Assembly: GCF_001194135.2 (NCBI RefSeq)
Contig: NC_068984.1
Span: 114,799 to 178,798, forward strand
Length of the DNA stretch: 64,000 bases
Source of the DNA: Octopus bimaculoides
Lineage: Eukaryota
Direction: 5' to 3'
Both the position numbers and the translations under genes were made by a program. Positions within the stretch are counted from its first letter, which is position 1. Each line of letters begins with the position of its first letter. Positions 26,001 to 34,808 of this stretch are shown in pieces. The notes below the pieces were generated by a model, which worked only from the letters and a program-made list of their open reading frames with translations, was not told the DNA's origin and made no database searches.

Positions 26001-29000
26001 TCTAGAGTGAACGTTTCACAAAACTTTTTAAACTGAAAAGACACAAATTGCATTTCATTGTCAGACACTATTGCGTCTGGGATGCCAAATCTCGCAAACA
26101 GTTCATGTCAAAAATTGGTTACAGTTGAGGAGGTTGGCTTTTTACACTTACAAATCTCTGCCCATTTAGAAAAACTATCAGCTACAACTAAGCAGTATGG
26201 ACTATTCAAAGAACCAGTGAAATCAATGTGTAGTCTTGACCACAGAACATCTACTTTTAGTCAAGGTTCACCTTTTATTGTTGGTAATTTTGCCACTAGA
26301 ACACATCCTCTGCAGCCTTTCACTAGATTTTCGATTTCTCTATCCATTTTTGACCAGTACACATAGCTATGCATTAAAGCTTTCATCCTTGAAATACCAG
26401 TATGTCCAACATGAATTCTCTCAACAATGGTAATATCACTTTTTACTCTGATATTTTTCATTTTCACATTTACAAATTTTCTCTTTGTTTTATTACCATT
26501 TTCTTCCAATGACATATTGCTTATTTTTTTTTCTTTGTTCCACCTTGGTTTTACAGTGTGTTTTTATGTGTCCAATTTTTCCACAAAGGAAGCATTCCAC
26601 TTTCTTAAATGGACAGTTTTTTCTCAGGTGTAGACCTTCACATGCAAAACATGGTTGTTTTTTTTCCTGATTCTTGTCCTGTGTGTACTGTATTTTAGTA
26701 CACACTTGATTTCTATTCTGCTTATTTCACGCTTGTTACACTTGGGAGCAATCTTTATGTTCAACTTTCCCCGAGTCATGTCTTAAATTTACTATTCTTT
26801 CACACTCTTCTAACATTTGTTGTAAGGTTACAGCTTGGTTTTGTTCCAGCTTTGCAAGAATTCTTGTTCTTACTTCTGCATCTGTTTCTGCAGTTAGTCC
26901 CCGAGTAAATATCAGGCACTTGAACATATCTGGTGTTAACTCGTCCAGCTTGAACTTTTCACATCCCCTATTAACTCTACCAGCACATGTCATGTAGTCC
27001 TCCTCTTCGTTGTTCTTTTCTAGGTTCAAACATTTCCAACATGTATTAAACAATGAGCTTTTCTCACCAAAAATTTTACCCAATATGTCTATTGTATCGT
27101 TAAAGTTTATGTCACAAAGATTTTTCTGGAGTATGTAATTGCTGTAAAATTCATGTTCTCCTGCTGCCAGTTTCCGTCAGATGAAACACATTTTCATATC
27201 GTTGTCTGAATCTTTGCACTCTTTATTGAATATTTGTTCATATCTTCTATAATAAGATTCGAAGGTAACTCCTTCGTCTGGTTCATACTTAAACTTTGTT
27301 ATCAAGTTCACAACATAATCTGGTGAGAACATTTTTTCAGCATTTCTTGACGACTGACTGTTCATTAATTGCAGCATTTGTTGCTGTAATAGTAATTGTT
27401 GTTGTTGCTGTTTTTGCAACTTGAGCAAACCAGCCAAAATATTTTCCATAATTGTACGATTTTTTGTTTCTATAAAATTTGCACAAAAAACTTTTGTGAG
27501 TTTGTTAATTCCTAGTCACCACTGTTTTATCCTCACTGCCACTGTTGTAATCCTTAGATTGTCATAATGCCCACTTCAGTACAGCAGTATAGTTGTTAGA
27601 CCTGTAAAGACACGACTATCTAATCTATGAACGTCTACCTCATACTCTCTCTTGACACTGACTGACGTCACTGTATGATAGTGACTAGCACATACCACTC
27701 GTCACATGGGAAGGATGTACCATTAATGTTATTATCCCCCACAGCAGTTAGATATTTAAATAAACATTAAATTGTGATAATCATCACAATAAGGTCCCCG
27801 AAAATAAATAGTATTGCATCTTAGCTTATTCTACTAAAGTACCACTTCCATAAGAAGAAAAGACATCTTTGGATGGAAAGGGTCACTGAAAAGGTCACAG
27901 ATGTGTGACAAAAGATTTCCGGACAATGGACAGAGGACGAAATAAGAACAGTAATAAAAGAGTGAAGAATGAATATATAGTGTGTGTTTATTTGGCAGAC
28001 AAAAAAAAAAATGGTTATCCTGAATATATAACATATTTTCTTGTTTGTGAAATTCATTAGTAACTATTGCCATCTCAAAGAGTTCATAAAAGATATCTAA
28101 AAGATGCAAACCTTGTTTTTCCCTTGGGGTCAGAATAGGTAATTTTACGTAATGCCAACCAATTTCCTCGAGCGACTTCCTACAAGATAGAAAAAAAAAA
28201 CATATTTTGTGGTTATTTCAGTGAATAAATGTAAATATAGATTAAACTCACTCATATGGATAATTAAAATATGAGGGTGGGGTGAGTGAAAAATTTTAAG
28301 ACCTGGAGAACAAAGAGATTAAGAACCTCAAAATTAACCTACATATCACCTGTGTTATTTTAATATTGTGTAAATATTAATTTCTAACATAGGAATAAAG
28401 TCATGTTGTTTCCAAGGAAGAAAGGTGCGAATAATCACTTGAACCAATTCCATTAGATATAGGTTTGGTACTTATTTTATCCAACTTGAAGACGTGAAGA
28501 GAAAAATTGATCACAGTGGGAATTGAACTCAGAATTGAACATAGAAAGATGAGAAAGGAAAGAAAAAAAAAGGGAGACCCACCATGAGTTTATATTTGCA
28601 GTTTGTTTGCAAACATAAAGAGATATGGAACATGTTACATCAAAAAAAACATTTAAAAATATGAAGTGTTGACACCAAAAACTTATTTTAGTTTCACCAA
28701 CATCATCAAATAGGAAAGGTTTGTGATTATTTAGTTCAAGAAATAGTCCTGGACAGCTTAGTTTAATGTGTGATTCTGTGTGCATGCATGCGTATACATA
28801 TATATATATATATAGATATATATATATATATTCTTCGTCCTGTTTCCTTCCAGTTCGTTGCTTCACAGCGTTCAGTATACACATATTTTTTCACGTCTGG
28901 CCGTATAGCCTTTTTTGTTTGTTTTCACCGTTTCGTTTTCCTGTCTTGTTTTCTGTCCGCCACTACATTCCTCCATGGTACAAATTTAATTTGTGGTCCA

Positions 29001-30937
29001 TGGGAAGAGCCATTCTAACGATGTGTCCTGCCCTAACTCTTTGAAACGCTTAGTTTTAGAATGGTAGCAGCTGATGAAGGAAATGTTCTCTATGTGGCCT
29101 GTGTGTTTTCTGTACTCTGTTTATCATTTTGTCCACGTTTTTTTGCAACGTACTGTACCCAGATATGCATCTATATATACATGTAAATGTAGGTATGTAC
29201 ATACATGTACTCATTTATTATGAGGTGGTCTTTCTGATGGTATATATATATATATATATATATNNNNNNNNNNTATATATATATATATATATATATATAC
29301 CAGCAGAAAGACCACCTTTTGGGTGGTTTTCTGCTAGCCACTTGATATTTTCACTAAATGTACTGAAAAAGAAAGAAAGAGGGAAAAAAGAAGGAAAAGG
29401 GGAAGAGAGGAAGAAAGCAAAATGATTTTCAGTGATGACCAAACTGCACCTGTTTTTTTTTTAAGAGGTCACCATTCTTAAACCCATTCCAATACAATGG
29501 TAAAGGACTAAATAAATAAATAAAAAGTGAATGGGAAGGGGATACCCCTTCTCTCTCTTTCCCCTTTCCCTATCTGTCTGTCTATCTATCTATCTCTCTG
29601 TCTATCTATCTATCTATCTATCTATCCGTCTATCTATCTATCTATCTATCCGTCTATCTATCTACCTACCTATGTGTCTATCTAGTTATCTATCAGCCTA
29701 TCTACCTACCTATATTTCTATCTATCCATCGCCAGTGTCAAGGAACCTCANNNNNNNNNNNNNNNNNNNNNNNNNNNNNNNNNNNNNNNNNNNNNNNNNN
29801 NNNNNNNNNNNNNNNNNNNNNNNNNNNNNNNNNNNNNNNNNNNNNNNNNNNNNNNNNNNNNNNNNNNNNNNNNNNNNNNNNNNNNNNNNNNNNNNNNNNN
29901 NNNNNNNNNNNNNNNNNNNNNNNNNNNNNNNNNNNNNNNNNNNNNNNNNNNNNNNNNNNNNNNNNNNNNNNNNNNNNNNNNNNNNNNNNNNNNNNNNNNN
30001 NNNNNNNNNNNNNNNNNNNNNNNNNNNNNNNNNNNNNNNNNNNNNNNNNNNNNNNNNNNNNNNNNNNNNNNNNNNNNNNNNNNNNNNNNNNNNNNNNNNN
30101 NNNNNNNNNNNNNNNNNNNNNNNNNNNNNNNNNNNNNNNNNNNNNNNNNNNNNNNNNNNNNNNNNNNNNNNNNNNNNNNNNNNNNNNNNNNNNNNNNNNN
30201 NNNNNNNNNNNNNNNNNNNNNNNNNNNNNNNNNNNNNNNNNNNNNNNNNNNNNNNNNNNNNNNNNNNNNNNNNNNNNNNNNNNNNNNNNNNNNNNNNNNN
30301 NNNNNNNNNNNNNNNNNNNNNNNNNNNNNNNNNNNNNNNNNNNNNNNNNNNNNNNNNNNNNNNNNNNNNNNNNNNNNNNNNNNNNNNNNNNNNNNNNNGA
30401 AAATGATATAAAATAGAAAGTGTGTCACGGTTAAATTCAAACAATTGATAAAAATACTTTAAATTGATTTGTTAAAACTAATAAAATACTAGATACCAAT
30501 TAGAAATCAATAGTTTAAATTTTTTTTAATAATCAAAGAATATTTTGGACAAGGAAAAAAAATAATAAACATAATTAGAGATAAAGTTTCCGGACACAAT
30601 AAAGAGAAACAGTTTTTAGAAAATTTTATAGTTTAAACAGAATTAAATGAAAATAAATGAAAGTTAAGAATATTTCTAAATAATTATTCCCGGAAATATT
30701 GAGAAGAAGAAGAAAAAAAAACATATATTATAAAAGAAACAACGAATTATGAATTGAGAAATACAGAAATAGAAACGAATTAGGTGAAAGTTGGTCGCAG
30801 ATGGTTGCATAGTAAGTGTTATGTAAAAATATTATTGTGGTGTTGGAGGAAAAAAAAGGACGACTTTGAGAAAATATTTCTACCTTTTCTTCTATAAATT
30901 TGCCCATGATAGAATCTTGATCTTTAATTTGTGCCAT
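5195..30937 (-). CDS. NUDT5: NUDT5-like ADP-sugar pyrophosphatase, spliced CDS join(30884-30937,28112-28179,17755-17804,14244-14351,12937-13032,12079-12134,10382-10427,[9005-9013],6985-7038,5195-5286), 210 aa with the microexon
   Basis: Hand-spliced protein: [159 protein letters not shown](EPC)[48 protein letters not shown]. Intact Nudix box G-x5-E-x7-RELKEETGY; NUDT5-type GxW, TWE, QYRPP, IEFPAG, DPG, IDGDD and VYSYA motifs. All introns GT-AG with compatible phases. Exon sizes 68/50/108/96/54 match my recollection of human NUDT5. Confidence 0.95.
6985..7038 (-). CDS. NUDT5: NUDT5 coding exon ([18 protein letters not shown])
   Basis: 54 nt, TTTTGTAG acceptor, GTAAAA donor; aligns to EFVEVISLPKNDLLQRLD. 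Confidence 0.92.
9005..9013 (-). CDS. NUDT5: Candidate 9-nt NUDT5 microexon (AACCATGTG, adds E-P-C)
   Basis: CAG|AACCATGTG|GTATGT with an upstream T-rich tract and a CTGAC branch-like motif; phase 1-1; lies where human NUDT5 has a 9-nt exon (recalled). The reading frame is also intact without it. Confidence 0.5.
9655..10082 (-). mobile_element. RTE-clade LINE 3' fragment
   Basis: [30 protein letters not shown] motif followed by 3'UTR-like sequence. Confidence 0.85.
10382..10427 (-). CDS. NUDT5: NUDT5 coding exon 7 ([15 protein letters not shown])
   Basis: 46 nt, CCCCCCAG acceptor, GTAAG donor; matches the INGDDAENARPKPK segment of NUDT5. Confidence 0.92.
12079..12134 (-). CDS. NUDT5: NUDT5 coding exon 6 ([19 protein letters not shown])
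   Basis: 56 nt, strong polypyrimidine tract + CAG, GTAAG donor; C-x-DPG motif. Confidence 0.92.
12937..13032 (-). CDS. NUDT5: NUDT5 coding exon 5, Nudix box ([32 protein letters not shown])
   Basis: 96 nt, CAG/GTAAG; canonical Nudix signature. Confidence 0.97.
14244..14351 (-). CDS. NUDT5: NUDT5 coding exon 4 ([36 protein letters not shown])
   Basis: 108 nt, CAG acceptor, GTAAGT donor; LVKQYRPP and IEFPA motifs. Confidence 0.95.
16487..16833 (-). mobile_element. tRNA-headed SINE-like element with hammerhead-bearing Penelope-like tail and inverted terminal duplication
   Basis: Minus strand order: partial A box GTGGTTAAG (16765), B box GTTCGATTCC (16718-16727), (AAT)n, body, hammerhead motif, (AATGTAAAT)-type tail. 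16487-16527 is the reverse complement of 16765-16806. Confidence 0.7.
16548..16593 (-). ncRNA. Minimal type I hammerhead ribozyme-like motif (Penelope-type)
   Basis: Minus strand GACAC-CUGAUGA-A-A-GCUG-(GAGGGUAUAU)-CAGC-C-GAAAC-GUU-GUGUU. Stem I is GACAC/GUGUU, stem II is GCUG/CAGC, and palindromic AACGUU replaces stem-loop III. There is an A:C mismatch at the base of stem II. Confidence 0.65.
17115..17513 (+). mobile_element. Full-length tRNA-headed SINE (family A) with internal (TA/TG)n
   Basis: Head GTGGCTGTGTGGTAAG..GGGTTCAGT and tail ..CAGCATGGCCGCAGTCAAATGACTGAAACAAGTAAAAGAG; many other copies in the window (e.g. ~7360-7677, 13190-13372, 33525-34010, 58490-58640). Confidence 0.88.
17755..17804 (-). 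CDS. NUDT5: NUDT5 coding exon 3 ([16 protein letters not shown])
   Basis: 50 nt, AG/GT, phase 2 to 1; TWE-x-V-x-R motif. Confidence 0.9.
18000..19262 (+). mobile_element. Degenerate RTE-clade LINE reverse-transcriptase fragment
   Basis: [24 protein letters not shown] and RWYG-like remnants with stops and frameshifts. Confidence 0.88.
19681..20192 (-). mobile_element. Family A SINE, inverted relative to the 17115 copy, interrupted by two small gaps
   Basis: Reverse complement closely matches 17115-17513 by eye. Confidence 0.88.
20401..21051 (-). mobile_element. Second Gypsy fragment: LTR + PBS + start of gag
   Basis: LTR TGTTG...CAACA at 20791-21051; PBS TGGCAATGAGG at 20778-20788; gag ORF ...[14 protein letters not shown]...[15 protein letters not shown], truncated at 20401. 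Confidence 0.88.
25388..27743 (-). mobile_element. Ty3/Gypsy LTR retrotransposon, internally deleted and degenerate
   Basis: 5' LTR TG..CA at 27543-27743; PBS TGGCAGTGAGGAT at 27529-27541; gag fragments ([22 protein letters not shown], two CCHC-type knuckles); integrase HHCC (HVGHTG..CRGC) and core ([27 protein letters not shown]); polypurine tract at ~25390-25402. No protease, RT or RNase H. Confidence 0.92.
28112..28179 (-). CDS. NUDT5: NUDT5 coding exon 2 ([23 protein letters not shown])
   Basis: 68 nt; polypyrimidine tract + TAG acceptor, GT donor; similar to human [23 protein letters not shown]. Confidence 0.93.
29571..29727. repeat. (TCTA)n microsatellite next to an assembly gap
   Basis: Direct reading. 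Confidence 0.95.
30884..30937 (-). CDS. NUDT5: NUDT5 first coding exon ([18 protein letters not shown])
   Basis: ATG at 30937 and GT donor after AAG (phase 0), joining in frame to EVARGNW. A TTTTAG acceptor at 30952-30953 suggests a possible upstream non-coding exon. Confidence 0.8.
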
Positions 30938-31989
30938 AGTGGTGGATGTCTCTAAAATAAACAAACTGATGATAGCCGGATGTCAACTCAAACAAGTGCA
31001 CGATTAAGGACAGGCAAACGAGGGTTTTTAATTGTGAAAGAAACTACGAAACTGTCTGGAATAAGAGAAGGCCGGCAGATAATAATATCTACGAGTGACA
31101 CACAAAATAAAGTTTGTTGACACTGGGTGTACAATGAATATTTAACTAAATAAATAATGAGCATGTCCCGAATAGAAACGGCAGGAAAATCTTTTAATTG
31201 AAATCAAAAACTGAAATTTATAGAATTTTTTTTCGTTTTTAATCTGACTGTTTGTGATTAATGATTTCTAGAATAAATCCAAGGGCGCCCAAATTGTGTT
31301 GGGGATATATAATTGATTAAATCGATCCTTCTATGTAAAACTAGTGTTCTAATTTTTCTAACGTTTAAGATTATTAGCGAAAGTGGCATTTCTGTAGAAT
31401 GAAATCGGTAATTAAATAGGGGTCAAAAATTGCTATTTCTTCGAATAAGCATCGTTGATCAGAATTCAGCAAAAATAAAATAATCGTCATAATGGTTTCA
31501 AATTTGGACACAAGGCCAGCAATTTAGGAGAGAGGCTAATCGATTACATCGACCCCAGGGTTCAAATGATACTTATTTTCAAGAACCAACAAAGAATGAA
31601 AGGGGGTAATTACAACGCAGAGTGTAATGACCCAAAATAAATGCCGCTAAACATTTTTATCCGACGCTCTAACGATTCTACCAAACCGTTGTCTTGTGAA
31701 AGTGGTATTCCTATAGAATAGAGTCGGAAATTATCAAGAGTGTCCAAAGCCATAATCTCTTCGGGTGTGTATGTTTTTTAAGCATTCTCGATTACGATTC
31801 TGCTGCTGGTAGTAGCAACAAAAACTACAACAACCCCTTCTACTATAGGCACAAGACCTGAAATCTGGGGGAGGGGAATAGTACATCGACCCAGTATCAA
31901 CTGATACTTATTTTATTAACCCCGAAAGGACAAAACGCAAAGTTGACCGCAGGCGGAATTTAATAATAATAATAATAATAATAATACTA

Positions 31990-32037
<48 letters not shown>

Positions 32038-32756
32038 TCTTGTGACTCATGATTAATAATAATAAATGCCCTGATGCAGTACCAGACAATGGTTCTCATG
32101 GCTTCTCATGGCTTCTCATCTTAATTGATTGGAAGTGTTATCATGTACGTTGTTTTGTCTTAGTGTAAAAGATGGCCTACAGCAAATATTCTGCTTAATA
32201 CCACAGATTTGCTTGTCAGTTGTTTGACCTTAACCAGTTGAGCATGCCCCTTGGTAGCTGACGATAGGTGTATCTCTGATCACGAGCAGAAGTAGTAGGG
32301 NNNNNNNNNNAGCATGTCCCTTGGTAGCTGACGATAGGTGTATCTCTGATCACGAGCAGAAGTAGTAGGGGGGGAGCATCACAGGCATGTGTTGAGAGGA
32401 ATTCTTTGGGGTTTGGATAATTCACCTTTGGAAACACTGGTGTTTCGTTCAACAACCTTTATTCAAGGACCTTTTGAGCAGGATGGCCACTCAACCTCAA
32501 GGAAATTCTAACTGGGCCCCACCTGCAAGGTCATGCGCTGTTTATCTTGATATGAGATCATCATATCATGCACATATAGTTGTGATGCATGTGCTTTGTG
32601 TACCCTTATCAGACGGGTAGTTATGATGAGTATACTGGACTTTGTATATTTTACCCCAGTGTCACTTTGATGGCATGGGCTACTCTCTCACTCAATAATA
32701 ATAATAATCATCATCATCATTTAATGCCTGCTTTCCATGCTGGCATGGGTTAGATG

Positions 32757-33450
32757 GTTTAACTGTATCCTACACCACTGGAAATTTTAATCCTCTTGGC
32801 AGTGATTCCTGATGGCCCAAGGGGTTTCCCTGACTTCATATCATTAATTGCCTTATCTATTATCCTATCAACTCTGATGGCTGGTCCCTCAATTGGTTCA
32901 ATATTCTCCTCCCATTCATTTTCCACAATTAGTATCCATTCATAGTGACACTTCCACACATCTTTCTTCTCTGAGTCACCAAGTGCAAGCATACCGTTAT
33001 CCATTCACACACATTTCTCACCCACCACATCTCTATTTTCTCTGATACACTGCTTTGTAATCTTGAACATCTCATACCTCTGATCCTCACACTGTAGAAC
33101 ATTGGCAAATTTCTTACCTTTGGCTATTCCTTTTGTTATGCAAACCTGTTGCCTAGCTTCCCTTCTGACTACAATTCTCTGCTTCCTCCATTTTTCCAGA
33201 CTTTCCAGGCCCGTGTCTTTGCCTTAATAATTCTGTCCACTTCTTTGTTCCACCACCATGTCACTTGCAGCCTAGCTGGGATTTGGTCTGCAGCCCTCAG
33301 TAGATTGTCTCACAGGAACTTCCAATTGTGCTTTAAGTTATATGTCCCTATTTCTTCCTCTCTATCATCAGAGGCTTCCATTACAATATCATTGAATTTC
33401 TGTCAGTTAACTGAGTCTTTGAGCTAGAATGTCTCTGAATTTTTGTCTGT
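32757..33450 (-). mobile_element. RTE-clade LINE fragment (linker/RT N-terminus)
   Basis: WKCHYEWILIVENEW..KAINDMKSGKPLGPSGI. Confidence 0.8.
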
Positions 33451-33681
33451 TACCTGGGTATACGTGTGTGTGTGTGTGTATATATATATATACACACACA
33501 CATACATGCATACATACATAAGCACCAGCTATGTAGTAAGAAGTTTGCTTCCCAAACACATGGATCCAGGTTCAGTCCCACCACATAGTACCTTGAGCAA
33601 GTGTCTTCTACTCAAGCTTCAGACTAACTAAAGCCTTTTGAGTGGATTTGGTAGACCAAAACTAAATAAATCTCATATATA

Positions 33682-33754
<73 letters not shown>

Positions 33755-34747
33755 TGTGTGTATGTGTGTGTGTGTGTCTGTGCGTGTGTCTGTGTGTGTC
33801 TCTGTGTGTGTGTCCCTCACCACTGCTTGACAACTGATGTTGATGTGGTTAAGCCCCCATAACTTAGCAATGTGGCCAAAGGAAACAATACAACTAGAAC
33901 CAAGCTTCAAAGCAAATAAGTACTGGGGTCAATTCATTTGATTAAAAATTCTTGAAGATGGTGCTCCAGCATGGCCGCAGTCTAATGACTGAAACAAGAA
34001 AAAATAAAAGATATATATTTATATATATATATACTCTCTGAGTGGTTGGCGTTAGGAAGGGCATCCAGCGGTAGAAACTCTGCCAAATTAGATTGGAGCC
34101 TGGTGTTGCCATCTGGTTTCACCAGTCCTCAGTCAAATCGTCCAACCCATGCTAGCATGGAAAGCGGACGTTAAACGATGATGATGATGATGATATATAT
34201 ATAATAGGCGCAGGTGTGACAGTGTGGTTAAGAAATTTGCTTCCCGACTGAATCCAGTCAACCTGAAGCTCTTGTAGAAAACAAGTGCCCATGGTGGGAG
34301 TGAAGCTGAGATTACCTGGTTGGGAAGTTTGTCAACCACAGAGCCACATTTGTATCATACCTGAACCAATGACAATGAACAATTGTGAGTTCTAAATGAA
34401 GGACACCTTTAACGAGAAGATTCAATGAGAATAAAAAAAGTGTTTGTCTTATCAACTTTGCTTCTTTTTTCTTTCAGATTAAGAATTATCGTTTTATTGA
34501 TCACTTTCCTTTGCTTGTCTTTCTTGTTTTTGTTTTCAGATGAAGAATCATCACTTTATTATCCATGTCCATAAAGGTATCTCACAGTTTGTTTTCTCAA
34601 GCCATTATTACCACTAATCAATGGTCAACATCAAAAACAAATGTAAATATTTCTTCTTTCAGCTACTCACACCACAACAGCTGCTTATTCTTCCAACACT
34701 GACATAAACTTCTCAGAAAAAGATACCAGCAAACTTATTTCTCTAAG

Positions 34748-34808
34748 ATGGCCATTTCTCTGTGGATAACAATATATTGCATGTTTGGAATATTGAAAAC
34801 TGCTGACT
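34748..34808 (+). CDS. Lectin gene exon 1, signal-peptide-like (MAISLWITIYCMFGILKTAD)
   Basis: ATG in AAGATGG context, hydrophobic stretch, GTAAGT donor in phase 1 matching the next exon. Confidence 0.7.

Noticed and set aside
29000-29110. Second possible hammerhead (GAAAC at 29043 and CTGATGA at 29071, with an AAGAG/CTCTT stem upstream)
   Set aside because: I could not fold convincing stems I-III in either type I or type II topology. It may be a decayed PLE-related repeat and needs a family consensus.
32241-32370. 60-bp direct duplication
   Set aside because: It flanks a 10-N gap and has one mismatch; most likely a scaffolding or haplotype artefact.
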